DNA of 50,275 bases from a virus (lineage: Duplodnaviria > Caudoviricetes): positions 1 to 50,275 of IMG/VR virus record IMGVR_UViG_3300037755_000900. One strand, 5' to 3'. Within the stretch, counting starts at the first letter, position 1. The number at the start of each line of letters is the position of its first letter. Shown here piece by piece: positions 42,195 to 50,275 of the stretch. The notes under the pieces were generated by a model. That model made no database searches. It was not told the origin of the DNA and saw only the letters and a program-made list of their open reading frames with translations. The position numbers and the translations under genes are program-made.

Positions 42195-43789
42195 TCCGCT
42201 TAGAAGCTGATGCTGCCACTGAGGTCGTGATCGGTCCTTTTGTGGATGAAACCGATGCGGTGACTCCGATCGCGGGGGGGACGGGGATCACTGACTGGGA
42301 CACCACCGCTTCGGTGAACCTCATTAAGGAGTCGGGGGCGCAGGGAGGTGTCTCCGTTACGGCACTGGAGGGAGGAACCAACATGAACCCCGGCGCATCG
42401 GGGGACTATGAAATTCAGGAGATCAACGACGGGTATTACCGGATGAAGCTGCCCGCTTCGGCGGTGGATACCGAGGGGCGGCTGCGGCTCACGTTCCGCG
42501 ATGACGATCGCTACCTGCCGATGACCTTCGAGGCGGAGGTCGTGGCGGCGAACGTGTACCAGGCGATGGTGAAGGCTACCACGAGCCTGACGGACCTGGC
42601 CACGATCAAGAACAGGCTGGGGGGATGGGCGGGCAGTGGAATCAACACGGTGTTGGGGGCCTTCCAGGCGTTGTTCCGCAAGAGCGGAATTTCGGCGCCG
42701 ACGGACATCGGAGGGACGTTCAACCCAACCACGGACTCGGTAGAGGCGCTCAGGGATCGGCTGGAAGAGGGCCTTGGAAGCGGATTCACCACCGCGAGCA
42801 ACTCCCTGGTGGCGCTGACTACGGCCATAAGCGCCGTGGGGACTGCGGGGAGCAGTTCCGGTGGTGGAGGGACGGGGTCACCGACCACCTCGACGGCAAG
42901 GGCCGGAGGGTTCCTGGCGAGGATGTTCAGGATCATCCGCAAGGCCGTCGATCAGCCCAACATCAACGCCAAGTACAGCGATAGCGATCTGCTGGACCTG
43001 CTGGAGCAGAATTGCCATGAGTTCTGGACGGAGTTGCGGATGGTAGCCCAGGACGCCGCTATGGTCAGGATGGATCTGGCCGTGGTGGTGGACCGACAGG
43101 AGTATTTTCTGCCCCCGACCGTAGGGGAGATCACCCGTCTGCACCTGGTGGACGCCACCACGGACCTGAGCATGGGCGATGCGATCCCCCTGGGGCGCTA
43201 CAACCCGAGCGGTGTGGGGTGGTCGGTGGAGGGCAACGTCCTGCGCCTGGGGAGGAAGCCGAAAGTCGCCGAAACGCTCCGGCTGGAGTATGTGCCGTCG
43301 GGGGATATCCGGCCGCATGAGGGCATGGGGGACGTGCAGAGTGGGGGGCTGACGTTCCTCATGGACCCCACTGGGTTGCTGACGGGAACGTTGGACACCA
43401 GGCCCAATGCCTACGCGGGGTATGTGCTGAGGACGTTCGGGGATGATGACCCCCAGACTGTCGTGGAGCGTACGGTTCGGGCGTCCAGCAAGTACATGCT
43501 GACCGTAGCGCCGATTATGACCCTACCGTCGGGACGGAACTACGAACTGGTACCGTGCTTCTGGCGGCACGTCGAGGTAGCTCTGGGGCTGAAGGCCAGC
43601 TTGAGGATATTGAGCCAGGAGGGGGACTCCAAGCGCTACGGGATGATCGAGAAAGAGTACGCCAAGAGCATGAGAACGGCGCGGCTCAGCCACCTGAACA
43701 GGCAATCGCGAAGGGCCTCGCACATGGAGGGGGACGCGCCGGAGAACACCAGGTATGGGCCGAGAATGCCCTTTGGGATCAGAGGTTAG
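42191..43789 (+). CDS. Head-tail adaptor-like protein with a fused N-terminal beta domain
   Basis: C half: IRKAVDQ...YSDSDLLDLL...QEYFLP...LRLEY; Gly/Ser linker at ~aa 220. Confidence 0.55.
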   Translation: MIRLEADAATEVVIGPFVDETDAVTPIAGGTGITDWDTTASVNLIKESGAQGGVSVTALEGGTNMNPGASGDYEIQEINDGYYRMKLPASAVDTEGRLRLTFRDDDRYLPMTFEAEVVAANVYQAMVKATTSLTDLATIKNRLGGWAGSGINTVLGAFQALFRKSGISAPTDIGGTFNPTTDSVEALRDRLEEGLGSGFTTASNSLVALTTAISAVGTAGSSSGGGGTGSPTTSTARAGGFLARMFRIIRKAVDQPNINAKYSDSDLLDLLEQNCHEFWTELRMVAQDAAMVRMDLAVVVDRQEYFLPPTVGEITRLHLVDATTDLSMGDAIPLGRYNPSGVGWSVEGNVLRLGRKPKVAETLRLEYVPSGDIRPHEGMGDVQSGGLTFLMDPTGLLTGTLDTRPNAYAGYVLRTFGDDDPQTVVERTVRASSKYMLTVAPIMTLPSGRNYELVPCFWRHVEVALGLKASLRILSQEGDSKRYGMIEKEYAKSMRTARLSHLNRQSRRASHMEGDAPENTRYGPRMPFGIRG

Positions 43790-43801
43790 GGGGCTGGTCG
43801 T

Positions 43802-44047
43802 GTGATTATCGGGAACTTGGCAGGTACGACGGTGCAGAAGCGTCTCGGATACGTCCTGCCCATGGGGCGGAGAGACTTCCACACGGGGCTGCCAATCACC
43901 AAGGGCATGATGCTTCAGGCTCCGTTCAGGGGAAAGCCGGGCGGTAACTTTCCCGTGAACCAGGGTGCCTCGAATGGGGGAGAGGGCGCCCTGCCGGAGA
44001 CGGCGGGGGACGACCTGTTTCAGTTCCAGGGGGGTTCCGGGGAGTAG
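43802..44047 (+). CDS. Small hypothetical protein
   Basis: Fills the gap between adaptor and tail genes. Confidence 0.5.
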   Translation: MIIGNLAGTTVQKRLGYVLPMGRRDFHTGLPITKGMMLQAPFRGKPGGNFPVNQGASNGGEGALPETAGDDLFQFQGGSGE

Positions 44048-44050
44048 GCT

Positions 44051-46666
44051 ATGCCACAAGTGGACCACGACCCCAACATGAGGCTCCGCTACCTGATGGC
44101 GGAGCCCGTACAGGACAGGCGCAACCATCCGGCGCTGGTTCCTGCCGGCTCCTATCCGCTATTGGTGGGAGTGGACGGCAGGTATGCGGGATCGTTCCGA
44201 AGGTTCCCTGGGTTCTACGGGGTGTTCGACCTGCGGGACGTGGACGTGGATGCAGCAGGGGACGCGGACAGCATCACGGCGGTGTGGTTCTTCAAGTACG
44301 TGGCCGTCCAGGTCGCCGTGGGGCTGGATAGCAACGATCAGCCCATCGGGGATGCTACGGCCAGGACGCTGCGGGGCTTCGTGGTGGCCCACAACTATAA
44401 GGACTCCACGGATTCGGATGCCGTCAAGGGCGTACTTCGCTTTGTGTACCGTGATCCGGCCGACAACTCCTCCTGGTTTTCCCAGACGCTGCTGCAAGAG
44501 ATCAGCTTCAAATCCGATCGGCGGATCATCATCGACAGTGATCTGTCCAACGCGAACGTCATCAACGCTACGGCAGAGATCGACGCTGCCTCCATGGGGC
44601 CGTTCCTGTACTTCGTGGTGAATCGAGGAACGCCGCTGGGTATCGCTATTGACTGGACCAATGGGGCGGCCCCTCGGGACTATTATAGGAGGAGTGTAAG
44701 GGTTTCTTCCACGGGGGCCACGAGCCTCCAGTGGGATTTCACCGACCTCGGGCCTCTCCAGCAGCCGGTTCAGAATTTTCCTACCGAGGTCGGACAGGAC
44801 ATAGACCCACCGTCGATAGTAGCCACGGGCGGAAAGCTGGGGGGGACGATCAAGTCGGCCATCCGTACGTACAGCGGGTTCAAGAACGTACAGGGGCCGC
44901 TCATCGGAATCGCCACTACGGACACCGACGACACCGGCACTCCCACCAGCAGGGTGAGGTATCAGTCAGACAGGGCTCCGGATCAGCCGGGGTTCCCGCA
45001 CCTTTCGAACCTGGGGGTCGACGATGACAACCTCAAGCCCAAGATCAGGGTTTACAGGACGGTGGATTCCCTCTCCTTCACTGCGATTACGGGCCTGGGG
45101 GTTACCGGAGGAAAACTGTTCAGAGAAGCAGAGATACCTATAATCAACGACGGGAGTTCCAACCTGGATGGGGCCACCTCGGCGGCGGAATATCACACTT
45201 CGAATCGGGGGTTCAACGTATTCGCGGGGGACATCGACGATAATTCCCTGGTGGTTCAGCCGTGGATCAACCCCTTCACCAGTGACACCGCCCTGACGTC
45301 GAGAAAGCTGAAACTGCTGCTGCCGTACCAGGGGACGCTGCTGAGGATCGGAAGTGTACCGCTGGCCGCGCCTCCGGCGGTGAACGTGGAGCGAGATGAG
45401 GTTCTGTCTTGGGGCTCCCTGGAACGGTACGCACCGGAGGAGTTTCGCATCCAAGACTCCACACCACTGGGGTCCAAGCAGGACGAACGTGTCCTGGCGC
45501 TGATAGGCACGGGAGACTATGCCTTTGCGGTGGGGGACAGTTCGGTCTTTCGCATCCACCGCAACGGTGGAGTGCTGGGGATCACCGAGGTCCAGAGCCT
45601 TGCCGGGGGTGTAGGCCGATACGCGGCTATAGGGGTCGGAGCGGAACTGTACTACGTCAACCCCGTCGGCCTCTACGTGGTGAACGGAGCCACGGGAGAG
45701 TTCCAGATCGTAGCGGCCCTCTCCAGGGTGATCCTGGAGGACTGGAAGGACTCTTTGGACTCCGTGCGCATGTGCTTCGACATGCGCCTGGGAGCGCTGT
45801 GCATCCTGAACGCCACGGAGGAGGAGTGCATCCTGATATGGGCATCCACGGGCATGGTAACCACGCTGCGGGACACGGTGTTCCAGTTCTGCACCGAGGG
45901 AATAAACCCGGAGGACGTGGGATACTCCCGCTCCTACTGGATCACCGCGCTGGGGGCCGTCTATACACCTAACGCCGAGAGGGGCATGGACAAGGCGCTG
46001 GCCATGTGTGGGTTCTCCGGTACGGGGGGATTTACGCCGGTCTGGAACACTACGATCGCGACTGCCGCCCTGGGGACGACCACGGCCTCCACGCTGTGGG
46101 TGCTGGGCCACGTGGACGATAGTGTCGTGGGCTTTAAGGTCTACGTTACTTCGGGGGACCGCGCGTTTGAGTCCGCGAAGGTGTCGGCGGTCAACAGGAC
46201 CACGGTGAGCGGTACGGACGTAACGGAATTGACCCTAGCCTCAGCGCTGACGGGGGTGCCGGCGGAGGACGATAAGGTCTCCGTCTCTCCGGTGCTGTTT
46301 GAGGTGGTGGGATGGCCGATTCAGGAGCTGGAGGAGCAGATCGACCTGTTCCGCAGCAAGGCCGTCAAGAGCATGGGGCACAACATCATTCTGCTGGGCG
46401 GTAACACCACGACGGCCGGCAACCCCAACCTGGAGATGGTCCACCGGCTCTACAGGAGGGGGGACCTGAACACTCCGCTTCCGTACAGCTACAGGGCGGC
46501 CATGAACGCCGATCCCTCGAAGAACTACAGCTACTTTGGGGGCGTGGAGGGGCCGATCCTGTTTCCGGCGTGGGCGCAGTACGCCAGCAACCTGGACTTC
46601 GAGTTGTTGGGCACCATCGTACATGGTATGATGAAGATGACGGAGGCTGAGTCCAGCCCCGTCTGA
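44051..46666 (+). CDS. Tail nozzle / stabilisation-type protein, 871 aa
   Basis: Beta-propeller-like pattern; position after adaptor; GGGGAG SD. Confidence 0.6.
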   Translation: MPQVDHDPNMRLRYLMAEPVQDRRNHPALVPAGSYPLLVGVDGRYAGSFRRFPGFYGVFDLRDVDVDAAGDADSITAVWFFKYVAVQVAVGLDSNDQPIGDATARTLRGFVVAHNYKDSTDSDAVKGVLRFVYRDPADNSSWFSQTLLQEISFKSDRRIIIDSDLSNANVINATAEIDAASMGPFLYFVVNRGTPLGIAIDWTNGAAPRDYYRRSVRVSSTGATSLQWDFTDLGPLQQPVQNFPTEVGQDIDPPSIVATGGKLGGTIKSAIRTYSGFKNVQGPLIGIATTDTDDTGTPTSRVRYQSDRAPDQPGFPHLSNLGVDDDNLKPKIRVYRTVDSLSFTAITGLGVTGGKLFREAEIPIINDGSSNLDGATSAAEYHTSNRGFNVFAGDIDDNSLVVQPWINPFTSDTALTSRKLKLLLPYQGTLLRIGSVPLAAPPAVNVERDEVLSWGSLERYAPEEFRIQDSTPLGSKQDERVLALIGTGDYAFAVGDSSVFRIHRNGGVLGITEVQSLAGGVGRYAAIGVGAELYYVNPVGLYVVNGATGEFQIVAALSRVILEDWKDSLDSVRMCFDMRLGALCILNATEEECILIWASTGMVTTLRDTVFQFCTEGINPEDVGYSRSYWITALGAVYTPNAERGMDKALAMCGFSGTGGFTPVWNTTIATAALGTTTASTLWVLGHVDDSVVGFKVYVTSGDRAFESAKVSAVNRTTVSGTDVTELTLASALTGVPAEDDKVSVSPVLFEVVGWPIQELEEQIDLFRSKAVKSMGHNIILLGGNTTTAGNPNLEMVHRLYRRGDLNTPLPYSYRAAMNADPSKNYSYFGGVEGPILFPAWAQYASNLDFELLGTIVHGMMKMTEAESSPV

Positions 46667-46680
46667 ACAGGAGTGCGAAC

Positions 46681-47343
46681 ATGCCCCTGCCTCAGCCCTT
46701 TCAGACAGACCTGCCAGCCGCGGTGGATTGGGCTCGTAAGACCCGTGGCACCGGCCACGGCAGGCCGTCCTCTCGACCTCCGTCCCCCACGGGAAGTCCG
46801 TGGCCGGAGAACTACTACTCTATCGCAGGCCCTCATCAGCAGAGCCTTCGAGCAGCACAATCGGAGCCGGAACCGGCACCACCAGGGATGCATGTGGGGC
46901 CTCCGTGGGTGTCCGTAGGTCGAGACTACGCCAGGGACCCCCGCACCAACCGGATGATTCGCGTAGGTCCTGGAGGCGGTGGGGCCAATTGGGAGCCGTA
47001 TGAGTGGGGCCTCTACAATGAGTACCGCGAAGCCGAGGCAAGCCCTCTGGGGCCGATCGACTGGTGGAACGAGGTCTATCAGCCGGGGGTCACTACAGGT
47101 GCTGAAGACTACACGGCGGCCAACCAGGACGTGCTGGACGTGCTGTCCGGAGGGCTCTCTGATCTTCAGGGTCAGATCACCGCGCTGGGCGAGGCACAGC
47201 AGACGACGGATACGGGGGGGCTGGACCAGAATACAATGTCCCTGCTTCTGGCCCTGTTGAGCAATCAGGGGGGACAAGAGCCGTTTTCGGGAAGCTCGTA
47301 TCAGATGGGGCCGCTTTACCCCGGCGGAAACCCCTGGAGATAG
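46681..47343 (+). CDS. Hypothetical virion protein
   Basis: AGGAG SD; Pro/Gly-rich. Confidence 0.6.
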   Translation: MPLPQPFQTDLPAAVDWARKTRGTGHGRPSSRPPSPTGSPWPENYYSIAGPHQQSLRAAQSEPEPAPPGMHVGPPWVSVGRDYARDPRTNRMIRVGPGGGGANWEPYEWGLYNEYREAEASPLGPIDWWNEVYQPGVTTGAEDYTAANQDVLDVLSGGLSDLQGQITALGEAQQTTDTGGLDQNTMSLLLALLSNQGGQEPFSGSSYQMGPLYPGGNPWR

Positions 47344-47361
47344 TGAAGGAGCTGGCACAAC

Positions 47362-48717
47362 ATGGCTGGACCTTTCAGTATACTGGGGGAGCCTCTCCCC
47401 AACCTTATAGGCAACCTCATTATCGGTGGTCTACGGCTGGGGCAGGCTCAGAGGAACCTCCCCAAAGCGCCTGAGCCGTCCACCCGAGAGCGGGAGGCCA
47501 ACCAGCAGCCCATCGCCCTGAGCGGCGCCAGGGCTGCGGCCCTTGGACGCAATACCCTGCCGGGGCCGGGAAGCACCACCATCAGGGACATCACTCAGGC
47601 AAACGCCGAGACGGAGGCCGACCGCGTCGCGAGCCAGAGGGCTTGGAACCAGCGGATGATGGGTGCCATCGGCGACGTTCGAGAAGGCATCCAGACCTCC
47701 ACGGGGGCCATTGGCGGAGCGCTGGCGGAGATACCGGACCTTCAGGAGCGTGGACGAGCAGGGTTCGCGGAGGGGCGATCGGCGCTGGCCAATGCGGTCG
47801 AGTCGGTGTCACAAACGGCTGCGGGGAACTTGCGCACCATAGCGGCGTCGGTCCAGAGGTTCTTCAGCGAGACCAAGTCCATGTACTCCCAGCTCGTCCA
47901 CGGTGGGGTGGCCCTGCTGGGGAACATTCGGGATCAGACCGCTGCCAGAATGATCGAGGCTGGAGACGCCATTCCAAGACAGACACAGGCAGCAATCAGT
48001 GATTACGAGGGGCAAGCTCGGGCGATGGGGCTTCCCGAGCAGAACATCATGCACACCTCCGCCGCCATCGCCGCGGACGGAGCTAAGAAGTTGGGGGACA
48101 TGCTGACCGAGGTCGGCCTCTCCGAGAACGAACGCTACACCTCGGCGTCACTACAGGTATACGGGCAGTTGGCGGGATTCCAGACGGCCAGGGCATCCGC
48201 CACGGCGGGCATGCTCAGTGGAGCGGCCGGGCAGGCGGCCTCCGTGGGGGCCAATGCGACCGCCGCCCGCGTGGAGCTGGCCAAGTCCAGTGCCGCGCTG
48301 GAGGCATCCTCCGCGGAGTGGGAATCCAGTGTGGTAGGAATGAAGGGCAATCTGGGGGCGCTGTATGGGCAGATAGCCATAGACGGAAACATGGGGGTGG
48401 CGAGCCTGCTGGCACTGGTGGAAGACCCTGTGGTGCAACTGGGGCCGATCATGGAATCCGCCTGGACTGCCTATCACGGGCTGGAGGACCTGGAGTACAC
48501 CTACAGGGTGGGGAACTACCAGCAACTCATGGCCAACCTAGACGATTTCTGGGGTAGGATCACCAGTGGGTTCGACAGGCTGGCAACCATCAACGAGGCT
48601 CGCCACCAGGAGGGCGTCCAGCGCAACATTGCCTCCCAGAACCGTGCGGCCGCCATCGGTGGCTCCGTCATTAGCGCGGGAGGCGACGTGTTGGGTGGAT
48701 TTTTGGCAGGACGATAA
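47362..48717 (+). CDS. Putative internal virion/ejection protein
   Basis: AAGGAG SD; Ala/Gly/Gln-rich helical sequence. Confidence 0.6.
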   Translation: MAGPFSILGEPLPNLIGNLIIGGLRLGQAQRNLPKAPEPSTREREANQQPIALSGARAAALGRNTLPGPGSTTIRDITQANAETEADRVASQRAWNQRMMGAIGDVREGIQTSTGAIGGALAEIPDLQERGRAGFAEGRSALANAVESVSQTAAGNLRTIAASVQRFFSETKSMYSQLVHGGVALLGNIRDQTAARMIEAGDAIPRQTQAAISDYEGQARAMGLPEQNIMHTSAAIAADGAKKLGDMLTEVGLSENERYTSASLQVYGQLAGFQTARASATAGMLSGAAGQAASVGANATAARVELAKSSAALEASSAEWESSVVGMKGNLGALYGQIAIDGNMGVASLLALVEDPVVQLGPIMESAWTAYHGLEDLEYTYRVGNYQQLMANLDDFWGRITSGFDRLATINEARHQEGVQRNIASQNRAAAIGGSVISAGGDVLGGFLAGR

Positions 48718-48719
48718 TC

Positions 48720-50275
48720 ATGCCACAGCAGATGAGAGGAAGACCGATCGCGATGCCGGGAGCCTCGCTGGCAGTGCCCAGAGGTCCGGGGATGCCTGGA
48801 CCCTACGCGCCCCCACAGAGACCGGCGGCGCCCGTAGCTCAGCCGGGAGGCATGACGGGCTCCTCCGGGGACGCTGCGCTGGCGGGGGGGATCGCCGGAG
48901 CGGGTGGGGCGATCGGGCAGGCGCTGACCAAGAAAGCGGAGCAGAAGCGGGAGCAGGAACGGTACGAGGACATCAAGAAGGAGCGCAAGAGAGAGCGGGA
49001 TCAAGAACTGGCCAACCAGGCGGCCATGATGCGGATCACGGCCGCACAGGCCCGCCGTCAGGACGCGGTCAGAGCCATAGAGGCCACCCTGGAGGCCAAG
49101 CAGGCTGTTCTGGACGGGCTGTTCAGGGACGCCTCCACAGGACTGTTGGGGCTGCCTCACGAGTACATGCCGTTGCTAAGGAGAGAACTGGACAGCTTTC
49201 TCGAAACCGCGCGGACGCCGATCAAGCAGGGGCAACTGCTCGACCTGTCCGTTAAGGACGGGGTCATCGCGCCGGAGTGGGGTCCTGCCGGGGAGGTGGA
49301 CCCAGCACTGGCGGATGGGGCCAGGGCGTTCTACACCGGGCTGCTGGCTAAAGGCTCAGCCATAGCTGATCCACAGTACCGAGCGGCGGCGGCGGAGAAA
49401 CTGGCCAACCAGGTGCTCCCCCTGGTGGAGTCCATCATGGAGCGGGGGGAGCCCGGTACATACCGGCGGCTAACCGAGGGGTACTATGGGTTTACGGGAG
49501 ACCTCAAGGACGGAGTCTACCGAACAGGGAGTATGCCGGACTCCTACAAAGACAGGATCATGCTGTTGGACGATGCCGTGAAGCAATTGCGTGAACGTCC
49601 GGACATGATTCAGGGGTCCTCTGCTGAGTGGCTGCTGGACAGGACATTCCCCAATGAGCCCGGCAACAGCCCCATAAGACGGCTCCTGAACTCCGTAGGG
49701 ACGGGCGCAGCGTCGGGGTTAGGACCGGGGGAGGCGGCTGCGGGCAGGCAGTTCCTGCTGGCGGCTGCGGGCAGGATCAAGGATCTGCTCGATAAACCAC
49801 CCGAAGACCTGCCTGAAGGATCCCAGGATAGGCTTCTGGCCGCGTACCGAGAGATGTTGAACTACTCCACGCAGTTATACCCGCTGGAGCGTACGCTGAC
49901 GCAACACGGGGGGGCTGAGACGATGGTCCGAAACATCCGGGCCAAGCTGGGCACGACGGGCACCGCCAAGGAAGCTTACGAGAGCACGGATCGGGCAGCC
50001 AGGATCGCTCAATACGTGGAAGTGTACGGCCCGGAGGAAGGCATGGCGCGGTGGGAGGCTGAGCGGTCGGAGGGACCGCCGATGCCGGGGTCCTACGACA
50101 TCTTCGACATGCTCTCCGCAGAGGCCAGTGTGCTGGACCCATTCACCTCCATGGTGGTCCGAGGGGCGGTGGCGTACAAGCAACCGGAGTTCATCGCTTC
50201 CCCGGCACCAGCCCCCGAGCCCGCCCCCCCAGGAGCCTTTAGCACTGGGGGGCAGATGGGCTACCAGACTGGTAA
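48720..50275 (+). CDS. Putative internal virion protein, ~587 aa, continuing to 335 (not in ORF track)
   Basis: Translated by hand from ATG 48720 (MPQQMRGRP...) with no stop to the window end. Confidence 0.8.
   Translation, partial: MPQQMRGRPIAMPGASLAVPRGPGMPGPYAPPQRPAAPVAQPGGMTGSSGDAALAGGIAGAGGAIGQALTKKAEQKREQERYEDIKKERKRERDQELANQAAMMRITAAQARRQDAVRAIEATLEAKQAVLDGLFRDASTGLLGLPHEYMPLLRRELDSFLETARTPIKQGQLLDLSVKDGVIAPEWGPAGEVDPALADGARAFYTGLLAKGSAIADPQYRAAAAEKLANQVLPLVESIMERGEPGTYRRLTEGYYGFTGDLKDGVYRTGSMPDSYKDRIMLLDDAVKQLRERPDMIQGSSAEWLLDRTFPNEPGNSPIRRLLNSVGTGAASGLGPGEAAAGRQFLLAAAGRIKDLLDKPPEDLPEGSQDRLLAAYREMLNYSTQLYPLERTLTQHGGAETMVRNIRAKLGTTGTAKEAYESTDRAARIAQYVEVYGPEEGMARWEAERSEGPPMPGSYDIFDMLSAEASVLDPFTSMVVRGAVAYKQPEFIASPAPAPEPAPPGAFSTGGQMGYQTG
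50149..50275. repeat. Terminal overlap, copy 2
   Basis: Identical to 1-127. Confidence 0.97.

Overview
This window is an apparently complete, circularly assembled ~50.1 kb high-GC dsDNA tailed-phage genome; bases 1-127 repeat exactly at 50149-50275. The layout is podovirus-like. A + strand late arm runs from terminase, portal, scaffold and capsid through fibre-like, adaptor and tail proteins to large internal-virion proteins, wraps across the window ends into a putative lysis cassette and ends near 7845. A - strand replication/recombination arm encodes a uracil-DNA-glycosylase/family-A polymerase fusion, an ERCC4 nuclease, an XRE HTH, a Cas4-like nuclease, an AAA ATPase, SSB and an HNH. Two convergent early operons of small genes and a csrA/helicase/origin-like/methylase block complete the genome. 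No integrase, catalytic primase or canonical endolysin was recognised. The most interesting signals are at the RNA level: a phage CsrA with repeated GGA leaders, an altered initiator-type tRNA-Met, a predicted leaderless polymerase mRNA, a D-armless tRNA-like RNA, a rod-shaped ncRNA candidate, an Sm-like gene paired with an Arg/Ser-repeat peptide, and a hairpin conserved three times in early transcripts. Two collapsed methyltransferase remnants are also present. All product calls come from motif recognition by eye; no database searches were run.
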